A stretch of 64,000 bases of DNA, from contig CM059432.1 of the NCBI GenBank assembly GCA_030390025.1, forward strand, positions 107,820,001-107,884,000. Reading direction: 5' to 3'. The stretch's first letter is position 1. Each line of letters opens with the position of its first letter. The position numbers were made by a program, and so were the translations under genes. The notes beneath the pieces were generated by a model that had not been told where the DNA came from, searched no databases, and saw only the letters and a list, made by a program, of their open reading frames with translations. Below are positions 51,560 to 64,000 of the stretch, piece by piece. The stretch comes from Squalus acanthias (lineage: Eukaryota).

Positions 51560-52720
51560 TTTAATTAATTGGAACCACAGTCTGATGAGGCGGTCACAGA
51601 CTGCCCTTCCAGAAGGCCGATTAAGTGGCTGCCTCCTCCCTCGCTCCTGTTCCTCCTCCTCGTCTTCCTCTTCCTCCTCCTCCTCCTCTCCCCGAGGTGG
51701 TCCCGCAATCCCTGGTGGCAAGGGTTGGGCCCTCATGATGGCCAAGTTGTGGAGCATGCAGCAGACCACGACGAAATGGGACACCCACTCCAGTAAATAC
51801 TGGAGGGCTCCTCCCGAGCGGTCAAGGCAGTGGAACTGTTGCTTGAGCACCCTGATGGTCTGCTCGATGATGTTCCTGGTGGCAGCATGGCTCTCATTAT
51901 ATGAGTGCTGAACAGGAGTGTTGGAGTTGCGGAGGGGAGTCATGAGTCAGGTGGAGAGCGACTAGCTCTCGTCACCGACCAGCCAGCCGCGAATTTGATG
52001 TGGTAGCTGGAAGAGCGCTGGCACATTGGTCTGGCGCAGGATGAAGGCATTGTGGCTGCTGCCAAAATAGCAGGCATTCACATTGAGGATTCGCTGTCTG
52101 TGGTCGCACACCAACTGCACATTAAGTGAGTGGTAGCCTTTGCGGTTACGGAAGACCTCAGGGTTGTTATGCGGTGCCCGCAAAGCCTGGTGGATGCAGT
52201 CAATGGCGCCCTGCGCCATGTGGAAGCCCGCTATCCTGGCAAAGCCACATTCAGATTCGTCCTGCTTCTCTCTGGTGATGGGGAAAGAAATGTAGTCCCT
52301 TCTCCTACTGTAGAGAGCCTCTGTGACCTCCCGGATGCAGCGATGGACGGCGAACTGCAAGATGTTCGCTATATCTCCTGTTGCAGACTGGAAGGAACCG
52401 CTGGCGAAGAAATTGAGGGCGACGGTGATCTTGACTGCCACTGAGAGAGCCGTGGTCAACCTGATCTGAGGCTCGAAGTCTGGTTACAGGAGGCGGCAGA
52501 ATTCAGTGACCACATCCTTGCTGAAGCGGAGCCTTCTAATGCACTGCTCCTTACTTAATTGGAGATAGGAGAAGTCCTCTCAGAATGCCCTCGGAGGGCA
52601 AGGCCTCCTGTTGAGAGCCCTGATGGCCCTCCTGCTCCTTCTGGCCACATCTTGCAATCTTTCTCGCTGCCTCCGCAGTAGATCTTGGAGGACGAGGTCG
52701 ACTGCCAGTTTAGCGCCCAT
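51560..52720 (-). pseudogene. Harbinger B transposase (frameshifted)
   Basis: [56 protein letters not shown] split across frames. Confidence 0.88.
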
Positions 52721-53534
52721 TAATGTAAAGTAACAATTTGTAGCACTTTGAAATTTTGTCAGAATAAATGTAACAAATTTTTAGTAGCCACAACACTCCT
52801 GATACTAAAGAACCTTTAAATGACTGAATTAAACACCTGCACAATTGCAAACGGACAAGGAAGCAGTGAAACAGCACTAACCTGACAGCTGCGATTGATG
52901 CCTTTAAATATCACCCCTGGAGCTGCCATCCGCCTGCTTCACGCCTCCTCTTCCTGTCGTTGTCGGGGCGAGGCGCTAAGGCAGGGGGCAATAATCAATT
53001 TGGCAGATCGGGCGCTCAGTGAGCATTGCATGCTCACTGACGTCACGATTTGCCTGGCGCTAAAGCCCCAGGCACTAACTGTTAGCAGCGGCGCTAAGGG
53101 GGCGACTGGATTTGGCATGCAGCGCTGGATTCGCCTCGCCCCGGCGCTACTTCATTAGCGCCCCTGCCAGGTGCTAATGTGAGGTGCTAGCCAACTGAAT
53201 TTCTCCCCCCTAGTACTGGAGAAATTAATGGGACTAAGTGGCGACAAATCCCCTGGACCTGACGACCTGCATTCTAGGGTTTTAAAAGAGGTGGCTGCAG
53301 ACATAGTCGATTCACTGGTATTAATCTTCCAGAATTCCCTAGATTCTAGAACAATCCCCAAGGATTGGAAGGTAGCAAACATAACCCTGCTATTTAAGAA
53401 AGGAGGAAGAGAAAAAACGGGGAACTATAGGCCAGTTAGCCTGATGTCAGTAGTAGGCAAAATGCTAGAATCTATTATTCGGGACGCAGTAACAGGCACT
53501 TAGAAAATCGTAATATGATTAGGCAGAGTCAACA

Positions 53535-54871
53535 GAAGGTGCCATCGACAGTGCTATATCAAGCGGCACTTATTCATCAATAACCTGCTCACTGATGCCC
53601 AGTTAGGTTTTGCCAAGACCACTCGGCTCCAGACCTCATTACAGCCTTGGTCCAAACATGGACAAAAAAGCTGAATTCCAGAGGTGAGGTGAGAGTGATT
53701 GCCCTTGACATCAAGGCAGCATTTGACCGAGTGTGGCATCAAGGAGCCCTAGTAAAACTGAAGTCAATGGGAAACGGGGAGAAAGCTCTCCACTGGCTGG
53801 AGTCATACCTAGCACAAAGGAAGATGGTTGTGGTGGTTGAAGGTCAATCATCACAGCCCCAGGACATCGCTGCAGGAGTTCCTCAGGGCAGTGTCCTAGG
53901 CCCAACCATCTTCAGCTGCTTCATCAATGACCTTCCCTCCAACATAAGGTCAGAAATGGTGATGTTCGCTGATGACTACACAGTGTTCAGTGCCATTCAC
54001 AACTCCTCAGATAATGAAGCATATCCATGCCCGCATGCAACAAGACCTGGACGACGTTCAGGCTTGGGCTGATAAGTGGCAGGTAACATTCACGCCACAG
54101 AAGTGCCAGGCAATGACTATCTCCAACAAGCGAGAGTCTAACCACCGCCCCTTGACATTCAACGGCATTACCATTGCCGAATCCCCCACCATCAACATCC
54201 TGGGGGTCACCATTGACCAGAAACTTAACTGGACCAGCCACATAAATACTGCGGCAACAAGAGCAGGTCAGAGGCTAGGTATTCTGTGGCGAGTGTCTCA
54301 CCTCCCGACTCCCCAAAGCCTTTCCACCATCTACAAGGCACAAGGAGTGTGATGGAATACTCTCCACTTGCCTGGATGAGTGCAGCTCCAACAACACTCA
54401 AGAAGCTCGACACCATACAGGACAAAGCAGTCCGCTTGATTGGCACCTCATTCACCACCTTAAACATTCACTCCCTCCACCACCGGAATACCGTGGCTGC
54501 AGTGTGTACCATCTACAAAATGCACTGCAGCAACTCACCAAGGCTTCTTCGGCAGCACCTCCAAAACCTGTGACCTCTTCCACCGAGAAGGACAAGGGCA
54601 GCAGGCACATGGGAACACCACCACCTCCAAGTTCCCCTCCAAGTCACACACCATCCTGACTTAGAAGTATATCGCCGATCCTTCATCGTCGCTGGGTCAA
54701 AATCCTGGAACTCCCTACCTAACAGCACTGTGGGAGTACCTTCACCACACGGACTGCAGCAGTTTAAGGCGGCGGCTCACCACCACCTTCTAAAGGGCAA
54801 TTAGGGATGGGCAATAAATACTGGTCTTGCCAGCGACGCCCACATCCCCAAAAAAAAGGAATAAAAAAAAG
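53535..54871 (+). mobile_element. 5'-truncated copy of the 29182 LINE family
   Basis: Matches 31101-32430; poly-A end; host CR1 gagtcaaca|tggtttt resumes. Confidence 0.9.
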
Positions 54872-56086
54872 CATGGTTTTATGAGAGGGAAATCGTGTTT
54901 GACAAACCTGTTTTTGAAATTTTTTGAAGATGTAACTAGTAGGATGGATAAGGGGGAACCAGTGGATGTAGTGTATTTGGATTTTCAAAAAGGTGATAAG
55001 GTGCCACACAAGAGGTTACTACACAAAATTAGGACTCATGGGATTGGGGGGAATATACTAGCATGGATTGAGGATTGGTTAATGGATAGAAAAGAGAGAG
55101 TAGGAATAAACGGGACTTTTTCGGGTTGGCAGGATGTAACTAGCAGGGTACCGCAAGGATCAGTGCTTAGGCCTCAGCTATTTACAATCTATATTAATAA
55201 TTTAGATGAAGGGACTGAGTGTAACATATTGAAGTTTGCTAATGATACAAAGTTAGGTGGAAAAGTAAGCTGTGAGGAGAACGCAAGGAGGCTGCAGAGA
55301 TATAGACAGGTTGACTGAGTGGGCAAGAACATGGCAAATGTGGGGAAGTGTGAAGTTATCCACTTTGGTAGGAAAAATACAAAAGCAGAATATTTTTGAA
55401 TGGTGAGAGACTGCGAAATGTTTGCATTCAGAGGGATCTGGGTGTCCTTGCACATGAATCACAGAAAGTTAACGTGCATTAAGCAATTAAGAAAGCAAAT
55501 GGTATGCTAGCTTTTGTTACAAAGGGATTAGAGTATAAGAGTAAAGAAGTTTTACTATAATTATATAAGGCATTGGTGAGGTCACACCTGGAGTACTGTG
55601 TACAGTTCTGGTCTCCTTACCTAAGGAAAGACATAATTGCCTTCGAGGGATGAGGGGATTGCCCTATGAGGAGAAATTGAGTAGACTAGGCCTATAGTCT
55701 CTAGAGTTTAGAAGAATGAAAGGTGATCTAATTGAAACATAATTCTTAAGGGGCTCGACAGGGTCAATGCTGAGAAAATGTTTCCCCTGGCTGGGGAATC
55801 TAGGACACGGGGTCACAGTCTCAGAATAAGGGGTCGGCCATTTAGGACTGAGATGAGGAGAAATTTCTTCATTCAAAGGTTTGTGAATCTTTGGAATTCT
55901 CTACCCCAGAGAGCTGTGGATGCTCAGTCATTGAGTATATTCAAGATAGAGATTGATAAATTTTTGGGAATTAAGGGATATGGGGATAGTGCAGGAAGGT
56001 GGAGTTGAGGTAGAAGATCTTGTTGAATGGCGGAGCAGGCTTGAAGGGCCAAATGGTCTACTCCAGCTCCTATTTCTTATGTTCTT

Positions 56087-56895
56087 TTGAGTGTTCTAAA
56101 CACTTGGAAACATGACTGCACAGAGGCAGAGGGCTGCACCCAGATTCTCAGATGACTCCCTTCATATGCTTGTGGAGGGAGTGGGAGCACGCAGGGAGGT
56201 CCTCTTCCCTTTGGATGGGCGGAAGAGACCTCCCCAGCAGACCAAAGGAGCCTGGCTCCAAATGGCAGAGGAGGTCAACAGCAGGGATGTTGTCAGGAGG
56301 ACCTGGGTGCAGTGCTGGAAACGCTTCAATTATCACATTAGATCAGGAAAGAGGAGTGCAAAGCCACACTCAACTTCATCCTGCTGAGCCTCTCATCACA
56401 TCGCCATCACTCTGCCTTCCCAAGCTTACTCCTGCACATCATTACTCACACCAACATACCTTGCATGTCCACCCATCCCTCTCTATCTACATTATCACAT
56501 CCCCATCTGACTATCCGCTCCTCACACTCACCATCATCCTAATGCAATCATACTAACAACACACAAGGAGGTCTTTTGGCATTGGCACCCCACTCCATCA
56601 TAGTCACCCTCTAAAGATGTTACCCATCCATTCCTTACAGTCATTGCATCACCCTCACTCAAACTTCCCTTCTTTCTCTCCTTGCAGGAGAAGAGAGCCC
56701 ACAATAAGAGGGAGAGGGAGAGAACCGGAGGGGGCCCTCCATCATTGGCCACCTTAAGTGCAGCAGAGGAGGTCGCCCTGGAAGTCTCAGGAGTTGCAGT
56801 GCAGCTGGAGGTGGGAGACAGAGAGGGGGACATCTCAGCAACCTGGTGACAGAATTACATATCATACAATGGGCGCCACCCAATTTCCCCCCCCC
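56087..56895 (+). pseudogene. Harbinger C Myb/SANT gene remnant (exon 1 from 56112, exon 2 56688-56845)
   Basis: MTAQRQRAAPRFSDDSLHMLV...WVQCWKRFN; EKRAHNKRERERTGGGPP, closely similar to Harbinger A exon 2. Confidence 0.8.
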
Positions 56896-57253
56896 TTAAC
56901 CTTTACAGTGTAGGACGCTGTACACAGGCTTAAACAGAGATTTTTTAAATTTATTTGGTGTTGCTCTACAATAAATATCAGTCTCAGACTGGCACCTATT
57001 GTGAACCGTGTGGAGCTATGTTACCTCCATGTTGTTTGGTCAGGAAAAATATTGGACCTCTGTGCACAGATCGCCACTCACCGATATACAATTGCTGGTT
57101 AAATTTTAATTCTTTGGCCCATTTAAAAAAAAACACATTAAGATTGAAAATAAAGTTTAAAAAGTTGTGAGAAACTAAAGTGGGGTGCACGACTACTTGC
57201 TCGAGGTGCTCTGGCACTGCTTGCTCGAGTGCGAAATAAATTACAAGGCTTAC

Positions 57254-57425
57254 CGGGCGTGCAGGTTTCTGCTATAGTTAGGGCACAAGCACGACCGAAC
57301 ACCACTAAGTCGAGGAGAGAATTTGCCCCGAGCCGATTAGCTCCATGAACCGAAGCACTGGCAGCTTCACCGCAGGCATAGAGGCCTGGTACCACAGCAT
57401 CTTTACCATTTGTGTAGTTAATCAC
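57254..57425 (-). CDS. SDHA: SDHA exon 10 equivalent
   Basis: [57 protein letters not shown](G); AG/GTAAG; 172 nt. Confidence 0.97.
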
Positions 57426-59275
57426 CTGCAAGAGGCAAAATCCACACTTAAAAGTTGTGTACCATATTTTAATACCATAACATCATTTCACAAATCCCTT
57501 CAGGTAGGCAGTTTTAAAAGAAACTTATGCCGAGTGAACATTCCGAGAAGCAGTACCTACGGCAAGCTATGCAAGTTTTATTATTTAAACACGCCTCGTT
57601 ACATTCAAATATATATTGCTAAATAACAAAATGTTACATGAAGTTTTAGTTTTATTAGCAGAGGAAAGTTCTGATTCACACCTCTCAAGCTAGGCCCCAC
57701 CAAAATGATTCTCGGAGCAGAATAAAGGAGGCGCATTCTTTGCTTTGAAACTTTAGAGTCAAGTCCAATCTGACTTGGGCTGAAAACTTTAGGGTCAAGA
57801 AGAAAGGCATCCAAGACATCCACTATGCTCATCAGCTATAATCAAGGCCCCTTTCACATTGTGTGCAGCACTTGAATATCCAGTTCATCTGTTCACTATT
57901 TATTGTCAGTGGTCCACTTTAATCAACTGCCAAAAAATAACCTCCCTCCCATGCCTCAATGCATTTTTTGGCAAATTATTCCAAGCATTTGCTGAGCCTT
58001 TACCTTTAAAAAAAAAACCCACAATGAACAAATCAAGGAGGGATGAATGTTCGGAATAATCTGTCAGACAGAGCTGTAGAGGCAAAAATGCTAAGGTGAC
58101 CCTTTTCTCATTCTTGACTTTTCTTGTATAAAATTGGGAGAGTCGCAAAATAGGCAAACATCACATAAGGCTGCCAAAGGACAGAGGACAAAAAACATTT
58201 TAAAAAACCCAAGATGGATGGAGGCTGAGAAGGAGCATTATTTTTTTCTATTCCTGTCACTATGTTGCATGGGAAATCACGAGAGGCTGGGAGATCATGT
58301 GGCTGATGTTATGTTAAAAACATCTTCATAACTCATTTCGCCCCAAAGCAGAACAGTCTATTCCCAGCAAACATCCATAATGTGTGAAGTTAAGCTAATT
58401 AGCTAAGAGTTTGATTTTTTTTTTTAAAGGCTTTTGGAAGAGGACATTGTCTTTTTACAACAACAACTTGCATTTATGTAGCGCCTTTAACATAGTAAAA
58501 CGTCCCAAGGCGCTACACATGAGGGTTGAGGCTGGAGGAGATTAGAGAGATAGGGAGGGGCGAGGCCATGGAGAGACTTGAAAACAAGGATGAGAATTAT
58601 AAAATCGAGACGTTGCTTAACCGGGAGCCAATGTAGGTCAGCGAGCACATGGGAGATGGGAGAACGGGACTTGGTGCGAGTTAGGACACGGGCAGCAGAG
58701 TTTTGGCTGACCTCAAGTTTACGGAGTAGTTATATAGTTTTACAGTGTAGTTATATAAAGCAATTGTTTCCTAATGTGTTCAAGTAATTAAACTGAAATA
58801 CAAGCAACACTTGAAGCTCACCTAACCCTACTCATAATACCTATTCAAAGTGATACGACCGTGCAATGATGTCAGCCTTGGCTCAGTGGAACTACTCTTG
58901 CCTCCAAGTCAGAAGGTTATGGGTTAAAGCCCCACTCCAGAGATAGTAGTGAAGGAGTGCTGTACTGTTGCAGATGCTGTCCTTCAGATGAGATATTAAA
59001 CCATCTGCCCTCTAAGATGGATGTAAAAAATCCAACGGCACTATTTGTAGAAGAGCAAGGGAGTTCTCCCCGGTATCCTGACCAATATTTATCCCTCAAA
59101 AACCATCACTAAACCAGATTATCTGGTCATTTATCTCATCGCTGTTTGTGGGAGTTTGCTGTGCACAAACTGGCTACTGTGTTCCCCTACATTACAACAT
59201 TTCAAAAGTACTTTATTAGCTGTAAAGTGCTTTGGGACGTTCTGAGGTTGTGAAAGACACTATATAAATGAATGT

Positions 59276-59486
59276 CGGAAAAACTCAGCAGGCCAGGCAG
59301 CATCCGTGGAGAGAGAAAGAGAGTTAACGTTTCAGGTCGATGACCTTTCATCAGTTCTGATGAAAGGTCATCGACCTGAAACGTTAACTCTCTTTCTCTC
59401 TCCACGGATGCTGCCTGGCCTGCTGAGTTTTTCCAGCGTTTTCTGTTGTTATTTCAGATTTCCAGCATCCGCAGTATTTTGCTATC
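59276..59486. mobile_element. 211-bp hammerhead mini-element: perfect 78-bp palindrome plus tail, 14-bp TSD
   Basis: Arms 59277-59354 / 59357-59434; TSD ATATAAATGAATGT (59262-75, 59487-500). Confidence 0.9.
59353..59389 (+). ncRNA. Minimal type I hammerhead ribozyme motif
   Basis: AGTT-CTGATGA-A-AGGTC atc GACCT-GAAA-CG-TT-AACT. Confidence 0.8.
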
Positions 59487-59818
59487 ATATAAATGAATGT
59501 TCTTTCTTTCTTCTTTTAGTGATGTTTGTTGAGGGATAAATATTGGCCAGGACACAGAGGAGAACTCCCTGGTCTTCTTCAAATAGTGCCATGGGATCTT
59601 TCACATCTAATTGAGAGGCAGACGAGGCCTCGGTTTAATGTCTCAGCTGAAAGACGGCACCTCTGACAATTCAACACTCCCTCAGTACTGCACTGATGTT
59701 AGTCTAGATTATGTGCTCAGGTTTCTGGAGGGAGACTTGAATCCACGACTTTCTGATTCAGAGGCGTGTGCTACCACTGATACAAGGCTGATCAGATCTC
59801 TGGCAAAAGTACAATTCA

Positions 59819-60061
<243 letters not shown>

Positions 60062-60194
60062 TCACAGGAAAAGACTCCAGATAAAGAGGGGTGACCAAAA
60101 GCTTGGTTGAAGAAGTAGGTTCTAATGAGGGTCTTGGAGGAGGAGAGGGAAGTGGAGGGTTACAGAAACAACCTACTCAGCCCAAGAAGTGTGC

Positions 60195-60312
60195 ATCAAT
60201 CTGAAACGTTAATTTTGTTTCTCTCTCTACAGATGCTGCCTGACCTGCTGAGTATTTCCAACATTTCATGTTTTTATTTTAGATTTCCAGCATCCGCTGT
60301 ATTTTGCTTTTG
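60195..60312 (+). mobile_element. Degenerate copy of the hammerhead mini-element
   Basis: ctgaaacgttaa...gatgctgcctgacctgctgagtatttcc...gatttccagcatccgc; CTGATGA half missing. Confidence 0.75.
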
Positions 60313-60909
60313 TGTAAGTGTGCACTGGTGCTATTTCCCCCCCCCCATAAATCACCTAATACAATCCCAACTCTCTGCTCGCTCTCTATACCTTTTAATA
60401 CTCCTCTTTTTCAAGCAACTATATAATTACCCTTTAAAAGATTTGTGGACTCTGCTTCAACAATGGTTTGTGGCACAGAATTCCAACTACCTTCTGCCTT
60501 CTTGTGTCAATTCAGCAGTTTAAAACCTTCTTTCACCACCCCACTCCACCCAACCTCCTGCATAAACTAGAAAAATAGGGAAGTGCAGTGACAACACTTT
60601 GGAACAGTTAACGTGCTATGTCAAGGGAGGGAAGGGCATGTTCCAGATTTCAACCAATGCTGTGGGAAAGCCAGGTGTTTTCCCAAAGGGAGTATATAAG
60701 AAACTCAGATAGTCATCCCCCCAGAGTCTGGTTCAGAATGAAATGGGCAGAAGCCTGAGAGCTGGTTGCTTGCTGGCTCTTCTCTACTGCATGTGGTACA
60801 TAACAGCAAGTGGTGGGGGTGGGAAGTAGTGTGAGAGAGAAAGAAAAGTGCAAATCTTACTCTCACAAAAAGAAATGAGAACACACAAAGCTAGAGGATC
60901 TAAAGCTTA

Positions 60910-61173
<264 letters not shown>

Positions 61174-61329
61174 TCACCCTACACGGAACCAACACAGTTA
61201 GATTAAATAGAGAGGGAGAGAGGGGTGGAGGGAGAGAGGGGTGGAGGGAGGTGTAGATAGATAGAGGTAGAAAGATAGAGAGATAGCTAAGATAGATTAG
61301 ATCGAGATATATATATATATGAAAGAAAG

Positions 61330-61740
61330 GAAAGAAAGACTTGCATTTATATAGCCCCTTTCACGACCACCGGATGTCCCAAAGCACTTTACAGTAGCAA
61401 ATGCGGCAGCAAGCTCCCACAAACAGCAATGTGATAATGACCAGGTAATCTGTTACAGTGATGTTGATTGGGGGATAAATATTGGCCAGGACATCGGGGA
61501 TAAATCCCCTGCTCTTTTTCGAAATAGTGCCATAGGATCTTTTACTCTGATCTGAGAGAGCAGACGGGGCCTTGGTTTATGTCTCACCAGAAAGATGGCA
61601 CCTCAGAAAGTGCAGCACTCCCTCAGCACTACACTGGAGTGTCAGCCTAGATTTTTGTGCTCAAGTCTCTGGAGTGGGACTTGAACACACAACCTTCTGA
61701 CTCAGAGGCGAGGGTGCTGCCAACTGAGTCACTCGCTGAC
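61330..61740 (-). mobile_element. Deu-domain tRNA SINE
   Basis: Head, core and tail present on the minus strand. Confidence 0.8.
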
Positions 61741-62102
61741 ACAGAGACATAAGCAGCTGTCACAAATTACTTTAAAGTATTTTGTGCAATAAAGCCACCC
61801 TGTACTATAAACAACTCATATTAGTTATAATATTTTTAAATTCTCATTCTTGTTTTCAAATCCCTCCATGGCCTCACCCCATCCCATCTCTGTAACCTCC
61901 TCCAGTCCTACAACCCTCTGAGATTCTGGCCTCTTGAGCATCCCCGATTTTAATTGCTCCACCATTGGCCCTTAAAATCTAGCTCTTTGACCAAGCTGTA
62001 GCTTGGTGTCCAATTTTGTTTGATAACGCTCTGTGAAGTGCCTTAGGACGTTTTACTATGTTAAAGGCACGGTATAAATACAAGTTTTTGTTGTTGTTGA
62101 AG

Positions 62103-62500
62103 TGTCAGCCTTGGCTCAGCGGTAGCACCCTCGCCTCTGAGTCAGAAGATTGTGGGTTCAATTCCCACTCCAGAGACTTGAGCACATAATCTAGGCTGAC
62201 ACATCAGTGCAGTACTGAGAGAGCGCTGCATTTTTACAGGTGCCATCTTTCCGGTGAGATGTTAAACCGTCTGCCCTCTCAGGTAGATGTAAAAAAATCC
62301 CACAGTGCTGTTCGAAGAAGAGCAGGATAGTTCCTTCCAGTGTCCTGGCCAACATTTATCCCTCAACCAACACCTAAAACAGATTATCTTGTCATTTATT
62401 TCATTTCTGTTTGTGGGAGCTTGCTGTGTGCAAATTGGCTGCCACATTTCCTACAACAGTGACTATAAAAGTTTGTTGTCAAGTGTTTTGGGATATCCTG
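62103..62500 (+). mobile_element. Deu-domain tRNA SINE, flanked by L2-like 3' fragments (about 61840-62100 and 62610-62825)
   Basis: A box tggctcagcggtag, B box ggttcaattccc; Deu-like core. Confidence 0.8.
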
Positions 62501-63102
62501 AGTTTTGGCTGGATTTGAAGCCAGGTACCAAGCAGCAAAGGGCAGTGTGCTCATGCACTGGTCCACGCAGTGTTAGGTACCTGTTGCTGGCCGTGCCATC
62601 AGCCGTCTAGGCCCTAAGCTCTGGAATTCCCTCTCTAAACTTCTCCGCATTGCCATCTCTCACAACCTTGCAAGATGCCCTTAAAACCTACTTCTTTATC
62701 CAAACTTTTGGTCACCTGTCCTAAATGTCTCCTTCTTTGGCTTGGTGTCAATCACGCTCCTGTGAAGTGCCTTGAGACGTTTTACTACGTTAAAGGGGCT
62801 TTATAAATGCAAGTTGTTGTTGTTATAAAAGGTCCACCTTCATGGCATTCAGAGAGTACAAGTTAAGTCAAGAGCGCTCTCTCCCCAAAACAACCTATTA
62901 AACACATGATTAAACACAACTCCTCTCAAACAGAAAGTGCCTTGTTTAAGAAACCGTTCTGCAGATGAAGTGCCCTGGCATCATCGAGTTTAGAAAAGCA
63001 ATTCTGGTAATGTCCTTTCTAGTTGCTGCCACAAAATCTTCGACTCATTAAAAAGAATGAACAGAAAAAGTCAAAAGTATACACTGGGCACAATCCATGT
63101 AC

Positions 63103-63227
63103 CTGTGGGGTGGAACTGGACAAACTCCAAGTCCTGGTTGGATAATCCAGCTCGAGCGACCAAGGCACATCCATCTCCAGTACTCGTATGTGCTGAAGTG
63201 CAGCTGAAGTACGTTCTTCCATAACCA
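63103..63227 (-). CDS. SDHA: Succinate dehydrogenase flavoprotein subunit, exon equivalent to human exon 7
   Basis: Translates [41 protein letters not shown](G); AG acceptor 63228-9, GT donor 63101-2; 125 nt, same as the human exon. Upstream exons lie outside the window. Confidence 0.96.
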
Positions 63228-63564
63228 CTGCCAAACAGAACAAATATTTACCCAACAGCTTACTTCATATAAAAGCTACTCAGTCATATTGTTTACCTAC
63301 AAACACACTAGATATCATCTTGCAAAAGTAAATATCATGTGACCAAATTCTACCTTCATTTGCAATTTATTGCTCCTTAAATTTGCAGTTTTAATTCAAA
63401 TGCAAGTCTATACTTTTTGCCTGAAATACCATTAAATGATCATGGATTTTTAAGCCTGTATAAACTATATATAATATATCCTTTTATATATATATGGGCT
63501 AGGCTAGCCAACCCCTACCTGCAGCTTTCCAGTGGATATTGGGAGGATCAGTTTGGGGGAGCAT

Positions 63565-64000
63565 ATAGAATCATAGAGTCATAATGACACAGAAGGAGGC
63601 CAATCGGCCCATCGAGTCCATGCCGGTTCTCTGTAGAGCAATCCAGTCAGTCCCATTCCCCCACTCTATCCCCGTAGCCCTGCAAGTTTATTTCCCTCAA
63701 GTGCTGATCCAGTCTCCCCTTGAAAACATTGAGTGTCTCCGCTTCCACCACTTCCGTCGGCAGCGAATTCCAGGTTATCACCACTCGCTGCATAAAAAAG
63801 TTTTTTCTCACATCCCCCCTGTATCTCTTGCCCAAAACCTTAAATCTGTGTCCCCTAGTCCTTGTACCATCAACTAGTGGGAACAGCCTTTCTCCGTCTA
63901 GCCTATCCAAACCAGTCATAATCTTGTACACCTCTATCAAATCACCCCTCAACCTCCTTTGCTCTAATGAAAACAAATCCAGCTTCTCCAACCTGTCCTT
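63565..64000 (-). mobile_element. Young CR1-type LINE 3' end (runs off the window)
   Basis: LFSLEQRRLRGDLIEVYK...; near-identical to 34494-34920. Confidence 0.9.

Larger units (their letters stand above)
49183..53209. mobile_element. Full-length PIF/Harbinger transposon B (4.0 kb, decayed)
   Basis: Perfect 14-bp TIR GGGGGAGAAATTCA; flanks ATA/CTA; host LINE resumes with gtactggagaaa. Confidence 0.93.
45019..56086 (+). mobile_element. CR1-type LINE (ORF1 SGNH-esterase end + ORF2) carrying three nested insertions
   Basis: VGTNDIG...DGLHLN (esterase); YLNAQSIRNK, MGDFN, SDHNMI (APE); PQGSVL, FANDT (RT); 3' end ctcctatttcttatgttctt; same family as 1126-9213. Confidence 0.9.
58870..59790. mobile_element. 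Two Deu-domain SINEs tail-to-tail (plus 58870-59510, minus about 59515-59790)
   Basis: tRNA-like head gtcagccttggctcagtgg...gggttaaagcccc, then core and tail. Confidence 0.75.

Noticed and set aside
59322..59358. Second functional hammerhead on the minus arm of the palindrome (also 11516-11550)
   Set aside because: Core boxes are present, but the 5' strand of stem I was lost at the inversion junction.
62103..62175. tRNA gene
   Set aside because: A/B boxes run into a multi-copy SINE body; no proper cloverleaf or acceptor stem.

Overview
Eukaryotic, repeat-dense vertebrate genomic DNA. The repeat complement suggests a cartilaginous fish (inference). The only host gene I can support is the 3' half of SDHA on the minus strand: nine GT-AG exons equivalent to human exons 7-15, from 63227 to the stop at 23437. 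Eight match the human exon lengths exactly; the exon 14 equivalent is 115 nt instead of 114, an apparent +1 frameshift. The rest is nested mobile DNA: CR1-type LINEs; an ORF1-less APE-RT LINE with a tRNA-like head and its derived SINE; an RTE fragment; Deu-domain SINEs; two full-length two-gene PIF/Harbinger transposons plus a third fragment and several Harbinger-type MITEs; a 34-bp minisatellite; and an orphan H2A fragment with a histone stem-loop. The most interesting signal is a Penelope-like (GIY-YIG) retroelement system carrying minimal type I hammerhead ribozyme motifs. It appears as a 2.3-kb near-perfect inverted repeat in SDHA intron 10 and as short (about 100-220 bp) non-coding hammerhead elements. 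These short elements are homologous to the Penelope 3' UTR, and two of them show the same inverted-copy, tail and target-site-duplication (TSD) geometry.
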